Positions 52,990 to 64,000 of a DNA stretch of 64,000 bases are shown piece after piece (position 1 is the first letter of the stretch; each line of letters begins with the position of its first letter). The position numbers and the translations under genes are program-made. The DNA is taken from contig MNCI01001419.1 in assembly GCA_015680685.1 (NCBI GenBank), positions 92,632 through 156,631 on the forward strand. Direction: 5' to 3'. Under the pieces are notes generated by a model. It was not told the origin of the DNA and did no database searches. It saw only the letters and a list, made by a program, of their open reading frames with translations. This DNA comes from Gnetum montanum. Lineage: Eukaryota > Plantae > Gnetophyta.

Positions 52990-53349
52990 TCTCTTTCTAT
53001 TTTCTACTTTACTAGATCAAAGAAATGATTTCAATTATATACATTTAAATTATGAAGTATCACATTTGGAATAAGTTTGAAAGGGATCTCTTTCTAGAAA
53101 TTCATAAACTTATAACTATTTATGCTAAAATATATTTCTTTAATATTTACATTGTTTACTATGGAAAAAACATCTACAAGTGATCAATAGTCAATAATTT
53201 ATATATCTAAGATCACTTGAAATTTATGGTCATGAATGTATTCATTATTAGACTTAAGTAATTATAGTTTTTTCCAATGTTAAGGTTGATGCCTTATATT
53301 AGGTTTTGTATGTTTATAGTTAAATTAATATTAATAAAAATTCATTATT

Positions 53350-56300
53350 ACAACATGTTAATGAGGTGGTCCCTAATAGTTATACTAGTGGGTCCTTTCC
53401 AAAGTAGGCTTCTACCTATACTGCCCTTGTATAACCATTTCTATTAGAATCCATGGGCATCCTAGAGGTTAAATGTCGATCATGTCTATGTATCAATACA
53501 CACAACTATTGCACTAGAAATCCTATACTATGCTATAGAAAACCATGAAATTCATAATTATAGCATGGCAAACAGTTGGAATGGAGTAATAAGGGATCAA
53601 AGAATTGGCATGTGAGGTACCTTACCATTTTCATTGTGGATTCCACGTATAATGCATGCCTAAAGTGATCATCATACCCATTTGTTAGGATTTTGCACCA
53701 ACTCCAACCACTTCTAGTAACATCACATTGTATCATGTTGGGTCTACCACCATGAGACCAACTAGCCACCATACAAATGAAGACATCACTACTAAATAAA
53801 GAAAGTCAAGAAACAATGTTAGACATTTGAGAATAATTAATTACTTATTAGTGTTTAGTATTATGGACCTTGTTCATTTGTTAGAGAAGAGCCTTTAGAG
53901 CTAGGTCACTTTTCTTTCTAGCCTTACAACCAATGCTAACCCATCAATGAAGTATCTTTAGACATGGGTCACATGCCTTTCTAGTAACATGATTAGGTCA
54001 GTCCAAGGGACCATGAGATTTTTGAAAATAGCTTACCTTCAAACATAGATCACATGCCTTTGCAATGGCACCTAAAGAGTGAGTTCATATGAAACAATTA
54101 ATTATTTTTTACACATGCACTATTTATCTTTTAAGTGAAAGAATAATGAAACAATTAGGTGCATATGACTTTTCAAATACAATGAGAACATGAGTAGTGG
54201 GACTTAGGGTAGAAGTCAAAGGAATCAATAGATCCTTTTTATATCAGGCCCTTATCCATATCCTCTTGGTCCTTCCTTCTTCCTTCAAGGTATAGTTCTC
54301 AAGGATTAATTTTAAGTTTTCAATGTGATAGGAACCACATTATTATTATAATAAAGATTTTTCCTTAATAAAAATTAAAGAATGGATGAGATGGTCTCAT
54401 TGTAATGCAACATTTTTGCTTCTATAATTTGATATCATAGGATAGAATTTCAACATGTGAAGTTGATACTTGAATCTTAACTGGTAATCTTATTAGTAAC
54501 AATATTGAAAATGTTCACAATGTATAAAGAAAATAATCCAAGAAAGTTTAAAATTATAAAAGAAATTGGAAACTATTAAGGAATGAAAAATGTATTTAGA
54601 AATGGAAAATATAAAATAGTTAGAAAATTAAAGACATTGGAAAATACCAAAAAATTAAAAAAAAAAAATTATAATTATGTCCTTACAAAGTCTAATTAGA
54701 ATAAGTATCTTCCCCAAAACTAAGATTAATGGAGAAGATACAAAAAATGAATTGAGTAATTCTAGTTGTGGATGATAGGGTTGGTGTGATGGCTTTGTAA
54801 GTGTCCCTAAATGGTTTTACCTATTATATATTCACTAAGATCAATCTTTGTGGGTTATGAGGATGATAAATTTGTAAGGTGATAGATTTAAATGTAGCAT
54901 TAATCACGTAAGGGTAAGGACCACCATTTGGAGTGATGGTAAGATGCTCTTTCCTTAAGTCAAAGATCTACATTTGAGCCTAGGTGTAGCTAGTTAAAAA
55001 GGTTCTATTTTCACTCATCTACCAATCCTCTTGAGGCCTTACTTAGTGGGATGAGTATTGTGGCTTAAGCTGCTGATGTTTAAGAATAATGTAAGATCTT
55101 TCCCAAAGCATTGGAAACTTTTTCTATTGTGGTGCACGACTAGGATTGTAGTAAAAAAAATTATGTTCTAGTTTAATTTTTATTCACCTAATTTTGGTAT
55201 CATTCCTTTGTTTAATATAGCCCTTGTGGACCTCGTTGTGCATGAGTGCTAACATCCTATTTTCATCTAGCATATTTAGGTTCATTAAGCATTCCTTCTA
55301 AGCTATACTAAGATCAAGGTGTAGGTCATATGTGATTGTTAATATGGAGAGGTTTGCTTGGACAGGTAGTTTAAAAAATTGTCTAGTATACCAACTCATA
55401 GCATGAGTTTCATATAGGGAGTTTCTAGGTGGAACAATAGGTTCATAAGGCATCATTTAATTTTATACTCTAATCTTTCTTATATGTACTAATGGTCCTA
55501 GTAAGGATCTACATTATTTTTTTATTTATGAATTTTTCTTGATTATTTTCTTCGGGATGATAGGATGATGTAAATTTATACTTAACTTTTGACCATTGCA
55601 TCAACTTCTTGAAGGTAGCACTCATAAAATGGATATCTTTATTAGAAATGAGTACCTTAGGCATACCAAACCTCTTTACCACATGTTGCTAAAAGAATTT
55701 CATGATTATGACTAACGAATAGTGAGGTATCCCTACACACAATTATATGAATCACTAAGGCATTTATGTGTGATTCGGTCAAATTTTGTGAACCTATAGT
55801 TCTCTAGTGCACTAGTTCTCTAGGAAGTAAACTAGGTGTTGAGAATGTTCATTGTCTTTCCAACTACACTTGTGAGGCTCAAGAATATGGTTTAAGTGTA
55901 AATAAGGCACATGATTTTTATCATTTTATATTTCATGGTTTTAGTGCTTGAAATAAATAGGATAGGGACTAAAGTAATTTCATGTCTACTTTTAATTTAA
56001 CTGGCTAACTATTGTTTAACTATTCCTAACATAATTATCCAATCCCACCTTCCATGAACATCTTGAACATGTATAACACGTCTAAGTTACCAAACGTTAC
56101 ACATTACTAGGATTACCAAATGTCATACTCATGCTCGAAGTGATTGTACATATGTGCTGAATTGATTTCAATTTAATCAATCTAGCTTACTTTAGCTTAA
56201 TTACTTGGGAGTATTAAGGGAAATTGCATAAACATTAAATGCATGAATAAAATATTTAAGCTAGGAAAGGTGCTACAAGGTTTGATCAGAAAGCTCATCT

Positions 56301-59300
56301 TTGTTATTGCACACACTGCGATGGTTAGTTATAATAGTGCTTGAATAAAGATATATACACTCAATGAATCTTGTTGTGGGCACTTTGGAAAATATTCTAA
56401 CTCTAGAGAAAAGAAACTGTAAGAGCTCTACGATGCTAAAAAAAACTTATAACCAAAAAGTTGTGCCCAAGTGCTATATTTATAGGCTAGCATACATTTC
56501 GTGATATCGAATATTTGACATCACTTCTTGGGCCCTAATATTAGATACTCAATATTCAAGCATAATTAATTACAATTCATCATACCCCTATGACTGAATA
56601 AAAATTCATCCTTGAGTGAAAAAGAGGAGGAACAACTTCCATAAAAAATATTGGGAAGGTATAGGATTATTGACTGACATGAAAATTGACTTAGATTGAA
56701 TAGATAGACTCTAAGTACCCAAATATATGAATTTACTATCATTTATAAAATTGGATCTTCATATCAATAGAATTAAACACCCTAGACAAAATTGACATCC
56801 AACTCCTCTAGCAACTAAAGAGTGAGGGAGGAGATTCGATGATCATGAAAGATCTTTGTTGTATGGTGTTGCTGCTAATCCTTTAGTGAAGATAGTCCCA
56901 CTTCCATACCATGCTTTCCACTACAATCACAAAAAAATCACATATTAGTGTGCAATGTATAACATATAGCTATTAGGTCCCTTGTCTTGTCGATGGTTAT
57001 ACTTGGCTAGGTTATAATTATGGTGGATTGATTTCTTTAATAGTGTTGGTAGGAAGACTGAAGATAGGGTGAAATGAATAAGTGATCCACTAAATTTTGA
57101 AAGGTTTGAACATGATGAAATGCTTGAAGAGGGTTAAAGAATTCACAATAATAATAAAAGGATTTCACTAAAAAATTTTGTGAAGATGTGCATAATTGGA
57201 TGTCATTGATGAGGCACACAAAATGATTTGATTGTGAAAATGTCTAAGGGTAAAGGACTTAACTAACCCAACTAAAAGGTATGTAAGTGGGTCCTCCACA
57301 CAGTAGGAACATAACCTTTATTACCCTTGCATAACTTCAAACTAAGGAATCTATGGGCCCTGTGGATGATTAATGGTTATGGAGAGTTACATACAAAAAC
57401 TAGAAGATACTACCTGAGATTTTTGACATTTCAAACCAAGACAACAAACAGGAACATGAAACTGATAGTGAGGTGAGACATGAAGAGCATAGATGGATGA
57501 GAGAGAGAATAAAATGTAGTTCCCAATTAAGGTAACATGAAGGCCCTTGTGAAGTTTTTGGTTAATTGACCTAATAAAATTCATTCTTAGTCCAAACCAA
57601 AAGCAACATTATTCAATGACCTTACATTACCATTCTAAGACTAGTCCATCCCCTTGAGACACAAGAGTGCTCCCACAAAACAACCACTATTCCTTATTGA
57701 AGAAAAAAAGAAAAGTAGGAAGTGAGAATGAGCCTTAGTTAGAGCGGACGTTCAAGCATAGGTAACATGTCTTACTAGTCCCATAACTAGTGCTTGTTGC
57801 GTATCTATTCTATCTAAGAAATGTGCTTTAATTTCTTATTTTATGAGAACCACACCATAAAAAGACTTATTTAACTTCCTGTTATTGGTTGACATAGAAT
57901 AGTAAGAAATTCATGAAAACATGCATGCATCCAAGTAAACAGAAAGGCACAAAGAGTGCTAAGTTCCCTTGAAGTCACACCTTGTTTAAACCTTGGGGCC
58001 CTCTCTAAGTCTAGAAACTACCAAGGTCATACATTTGTTAAAGATTTTACTAATGAAAAATGGATCTCATACTTCTAAAATAGGGACAACCATAGAGTTT
58101 TGGATGGGTGGATGTTGTGGACTCATTGCCTATTTCATGAAAAGGAAACCATGTCCAAGTTATTAGTAATAAAATTTAAAGCTAAAATCCAGACACCAAT
58201 AATCAAATAACTAGATAACACATGTCCACGTTAAATAACTACATTGTACACATTTGGCAATAAAACGTAATAAGAAAATCACACCAATAGAAAGAAAATT
58301 ATACAAGAAATTGCAAAATATTTTAAAAAAATAAAATGTACTAATGATGTTGTAAATTGTTTTTAAAAAAATTAATATGTAGAAAACAAAAAGTTGTAAG
58401 ATAAATAAGGTGTAAAACAAAATGGTGTAAATATAAATAAGGTGTAAAAATAGAATTGTGTAAACAAAAAGATGAAAAAACTAAGCTAATATAATTAGCA
58501 TGGATGGCCATCTCGCCCATGACTAATTTCAGAGGAGGAGATCTAGAAGATTGAGCATATTTGTCAATCTAATGGGGTGTTTATTGCACTAGCTTACTTA
58601 GGCTTGTGAAAAGGTTTGACTTGTTATATGTTGACTATCTACTTCTTATCTAGGCTCTCAAGTTTGTAGATCATCATGGTCCTAGAAGGAAAAGTTTCAT
58701 AAATGATATAAGGTCCTTCCCACAATGTCTAGAACTTAGTTCATTGAGATGCATGTGTGGGGTTCCAGTAAAGGATGTTATCTTCCAATTGAAATTTGAC
58801 TTTTCTAATTCTAAGGTCATGGCACTTCTTGTTGAATGCTTTGTGCAACTTGTTAGATGATAAGGCTACCAATCCATTTCCATCTAGCAAGTTGAGATTC
58901 ATTAACCTTTATTTTTGTGCTAGACTTAAGTCAAGTTCAAGGTCATAGGTTATTAAAAGTATAAGGAGCTTTGATTGAATGGAAAGATATGAGAAGTTTT
59001 TGTACACTAGCTCATAATAAGAGTAGCCTGTAGGGAGTTTCCATATTGAGTAGTAGGTCCAAAGGGCATCATTGAGTTTTGTACTCTAGTCTCTCCTATA
59101 TTTGCTAATGGTTCTTATTAAAATATTTGTGACCTTAGCTTTACCATTGGCTTGGGGTTGGTAAAGTATTTTTAGTTTATGTTTAACCCCTAAGCGTTGC
59201 GTAAGCTCTTGAAAGGTAGTGCTTGTAAAGTAATTTTCATTATTAGAAATTAATCCACATGGAAAACCAAACTTGTTTATAACATTTTATTATACAAACG

Positions 59301-62300
59301 AAGTAGCAGTAAAAGATTTACAATCGATGATTATTGCTACTTTTGCCCATTTTGTACAATAGTTAACAACAAATATGATGTATGCCTTTTTATTTGACAT
59401 GGGTATGATAGAAACCATGAAGTCTTTGCCCCAACTGTTAAAGGGTTCTAGTGGTTGAATCCACTATTGAGGTCTCTCCATACATGTGGTCATTCCACCA
59501 TCTTATTGGTAGCATTTATAAGAGTGGAGATATTGTTGAGCATCCTGGAAAATTTTTGGCCAATAATACCCTAGCATTAGGATTTTAATGGCCACGCATC
59601 TCCTAGCATAGTGATCCCCAAAAGGTCCCGCATGAGCATCCTAGATAACGTTTAGTTGATTAGCATCAGAGACACACCAACTAACTAGGCCATTGGTGCA
59701 CACTTTGTAGAGGTGTCCATGGATCTCCATGAAATGTTTCACATGGTGAAGAAACTTTTTTTTCTTTTGGTGGTCCAACTCTTGTGGCATCTCTTAACTG
59801 AGAAGATATGTGAGAATACCATTGTACACTTTAGGCTCAGTGGAAAATTATTTAGTTATAGCCTCAACAAAGAGCAATTCATTAGAAAATAGATTAGACA
59901 ATGGACTATCCTACTCTTTATTATCTGATCACAACCAAGACAAGTGATCAATGACCACATTCCCAGTTTCCTTTTGATCTACCATCATAAGATCAAATTC
60001 CTATAAGATCACTAGCCACCATAGGACATGGGGGCTTGCCATTGATTTGTTCATGAGAAAGAAAATTACACTATGGTTCGTATGCACAAAAACTTTGTAC
60101 CCAAGCACATAGTGCCTAGACTTTTTCACAGTAAACACTATTGCCATCAATTCGTTTTCTATGGTGGTGTAATTCAATTATGCATCCATAATGCTTTAGC
60201 TTGCATAGTGGATGAAATATGGATGTTTCTTGTTGTCCAATTGCATAAGTAAAACTCCCAAGGCATAATTTGATGCATTCATCATAACATAAAATGGTTT
60301 GGACCAATCAAGTGCTAACAAAATTTATATTTCTACAAGTTTCTCCTTTAGTTGTTGGAATGCTTTTTCACATTCCTTGATCCAAAAAAATGAAACATAT
60401 TTCTTTGTTAGCTTAAACAATAGTTTTACAATATTAGAAAAATTCTCTATGAATTGTTCGTAGTAGCTATTATGTCTAAGAAATGACTAAACATCTTTGA
60501 TAGTTTTTGGTTAGCAGGTAATTCCTAAGATGATCCTTATTTTTTCAAGCTTGATGTTAATTCTTACTTGTGAGTTTTTGTTCCCTAATACCATTCCCTC
60601 CTAGACTATTAGATGACTCTTTTGTTAGTTAAGTTGTAGATTCATTTTCACACATATTTTTAGTACTTGATCAAGGAGTCCAAGGCTTGCCCAAATGTAG
60701 TTCCATAGGTGAAGAAGTCATCCATGAAGACTTTCACACTACTATCAATTTGCTACTAAAAAATGCTTAAGACTAGGCATTGGAAGGTGATAGGAGGATT
60801 GCATAGACTAAAAGTCATCTTGTGATATGTAAAAGTCCCCCAGGGGCTTGTGAATGTTGTTTTGGCCTAGTCCTTTAGCATGATTTGGTTTTGGTTATAG
60901 CCACTATAATCATCCAAAAAATTGTAATAGAAATGCCTAGATATGGTATCTAACACCTGACCAACAAGTGGTAATCCAAAATGATCCTTGAATGTTCCCA
61001 TATTCAATAGTCAAAAATTGATGTAGACGCGCCACTTGCTACCTTTCTTAGGCATAATCACAAGTGGACTAACCCACTCACTATCTGCAATGGAATAGAT
61101 AAAACCCACCTTGAGGATTTGTTCAATTTCGTCTTTGACTATCTTTTTCAATTTGGGGTTTAACTGCCTCTATGGCTGCCTCTTTGGCTTCATGGCCAAA
61201 TTAGTGTAGATGTGATGCTGGCATATTCTAGGATCAATCCTTGTGAGTTTAGGAAACGACAAAGCAAAGGCTACTAACCATTTTTAAACCAAATTCAATA
61301 GCATCTATATCTATTTTGAAGCAATATTTGCATTGATTATTACCAACTTCCCATTTTCTAAGAATGCATATTCCATGCTAGAAGATAGAGTTTTTAATTT
61401 AAAGGGCTTTTGCTTGAAATTTTCAGGAATTTTCAACTCTCCCCAATAGGTGTCATCATTTGTATTATTAGAGAGTTGGTGATGAACATGCTCTAGTTCA
61501 TCAATACCTATGACATAAGTACATGTCAGGCTCTAAGTAAGCTCCATGCAAATTGTGATGCTTTTAGAATCAACGATTAACCACTAGGCATCATCTTGTT
61601 TTGTGGATGCTACGTACAAACACCTTTGAATATATGCTTCTAGTGCATACTACCTACATGTGGAAATGGATGCCCATTTAATAGACCAATGTTTCTATAT
61701 GCAATTGCACCCTATATCACTATACATGATGCGTTGAATTTGCTTCTTCTTTATCTTCCCAAATGCATGTGCCTTAGATATTTCTAGGAAAAGATCTCTA
61801 GTGCTCATTTTTGCATCAATGATGCTTAGCGATGCCCTTCCATGGACCTATAGTTCTCTAGGAAGTAAACTGGGCATTGAGAACATTCATTATCTTCCCA
61901 ACTACACCTATGAAGCTCAAGGAAATGGTTTAAGTGTAATCGAGGCACATGATTTTTATCATTTTATATTTTATGATTTTAGTTCTTAAAATAAAAAGGA
62001 TAAAGAATAAAGAAATTTATTGTCTACTTTTAATCTAATTGGCTAACTATTTTTCAACTAGTGCTAACATAAGTATCTAATCCCACCTTCTATGCACATC
62101 CTAAACATGTATAACACTACTAGGTTACCAAATGTTAAGCATTGCTTAGATTACTAAATGTCATACGCATGCTTGAAGTGGTTGTACTTATGTGCTTAAT
62201 TGATTTCTATTTAATTGATCTAGCTTACTTTAGCTTAATTACTTAGAAGCATTAAAAAAATTACACATCAAATGCATGAATAAAATATTTATGCTAGCTA

Positions 62301-64000
62301 AGGTGCTACAAGGTTTAGTCAGAAATCTCATCTTTATTATTGCACACACTGTCGTGCTCAGGTACAATAGTGCTCGAATAAAGATACATACACTCAATGA
62401 CTCTTACTATAGGAACTTTGAAAAATATTCTAAATCTAGAGAAAACAAGTTGCAAGAGCTCTTTTATGTTATGAAAAATGTATGACCAAACCATGTGGCC
62501 AAGTGTTATATTTATAGGTTGGCATATATTTCGTGATATTGGATATCTAACATTGCTTCTTGGGCCTTGATATCGGATACCCAATATTGAAGCACAACCA
62601 ATTAAGATTCATCAATGACAATGGTATAATTTGTTACTATAATAGCTTTTGCCCAATGTGTATAATAGTCAACTATAATAATGATGATGGCTTTCTTGCT
62701 AAACATGGGTGCAATGGGGTTTATAACATTAATTTATCATAGGACCAATAATTCCGATGACTAAATCCATTATTGTGATTCTTCAAAATGTGTTGCAACC
62801 CCACCATCATGTTGACAACACTCACAACATCATGCCAAATGATGAGTTTCCTTACAGAGATTTGGTGAAAAGTACCTCAGCTATAAGGATCTTTATGACT
62901 ATGTGTCTTACTACATAGTGATCCCTGTAAGGCCCTTTTTACATGTCTTGGAGAGCTTTTTACAAGTTTTCTTTAGGTACAAATCATTGAACTAAGCCAT
63001 CAACATAAATTTTATAAAGGTTATTTTCTCCATAAAACATTTCACCTAATGTAGGAATTGTTATTTCATGTGCTTGTTCCACTTAAAATTAACCTCCTAC
63101 ATTGTCACATAAGCAAGGTAGTTAGCAAACCATGGCTTGTCTACAAATGGTGAAATCATTGTGGCTTTGTGCATACTAGCTCATCTAGAAATTTATCTAA
63201 AAGAGGCTTTTCATCAACCTCTTTTTCCTTATCAATAGTGCTAAATTATGATCAATGAGGATGCCCAATATTTCACCATAAAATCTACAAGCATTATGAT
63301 AGATCATGTTGTAATTCATGGGCAGGATTAGCATTATTGCCTAGGGATTTAACTAATAATTGTGTGTCTTTGTCTTCTCACTTGCATTAGTAGAAGCTCT
63401 ATTGCATATAGTTTAGTCCGAGGTAAGGTGTATGATTATGATGTTGTTTGGCTATTGATTAAACTAAGTAAAATTATATAAATTATTTAGTTAAATTAAT
63501 ATATGATAAAGTAAACTCTATGGTATCCTTGGGTGATGAGTATTCATTCCTAACCTTTTGTACACATTATAAGCACATGTACCAATTGTTGTGATTACAA
63601 AATGCTATACTATTGGTAAAATCAAAGAATAATATTGCTAGGATTACAAATCAATTATGTGTTTATGATCAAAGCTATTGATGTTAATTTTGCAATGATT
63701 ATCATTTATGAAAATGTCAATTACTAAGCTAAAATATAGGAAAAGCACATGCAATGTAACTAAATATATTTAAGTCAAAGTGGTGTAATGGAATGAAATT
63801 AATCTAGATCTTTGTTATCATTCATGAAATATGTTTAGGTACATCCTACTAGAATAAAGACTCTAGAAGATAAATTCACAATCATTAGTATTGATATTTA
63901 CTAGCTGTTACTAAAAATTGAGAAATGAAGCTACACGAGTCTAGCTATATACCACATTAATGATGTTATAAATGTGATAGGTGAGAAGTATATATAGGAA
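53350..64000 (-). mobile_element. Heavily deleted Athila-like element E (5' LTR 63246 to beyond 64000, PBS, integrase remnant, post-pol region), interrupted by D
   Basis: LTR homologous to the C LTR; degenerate PBS at about 63227-63245; integrase IVDYYTHWAKA|...QHVVKRFGMP is split by D; 3' LTR not seen. Left boundary approximate. Confidence 0.72.
55713..62614 (-). mobile_element. Athila-like element D (pol retained; gag and PBS deleted)
   Basis: LTRs 55713-56582 and about 61846-62614; perfect TSD ATGAC (55708-55712, 62615-62619); PPT next to 56583; RT VFMDD at about 60715-60731; RNaseH and integrase homologous to A. Confidence 0.9.

Overview
AT-rich, strongly CpG/CHG-depleted land-plant nuclear DNA, made almost entirely of nested retrotransposons. 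It holds five Athila-like Ty3/Gypsy copies (labelled A-E here; Asp-tRNA-type PBS, TAGTCATGGGG PPT, extra ORF after pol). It also holds a pol-deleted CRM-like chromovirus (H), a Copia fragment, a near full-length young L1 LINE with a TSD, two 5'-truncated LINEs, an old LINE and a probable SINE head. Two host-gene loci are missing from or only hinted at by the ORF track: an intronless alpha-amylase pseudogene (about 9.6-10.0 kb) and a small spliced JAZ/TIFY gene (about 39.96-40.49 kb) with a divergent Jas motif and a C-terminal EAR-like motif. Main oddities: (1) a three-level nested complex whose halves lie in swapped order, shown by matching TSDs and re-joinable reading frames; (2) family-specific arrays of CpG-centred palindromes in the U3 of each LTR family, echoed upstream of the Athila extra ORF; (3) a young LTR fragment carrying a hairpin-repeat/spacer array and flanked by a 223-bp target duplication. 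All calls come from manual reading; no database searches were run, and boundaries of degenerate segments are approximate.
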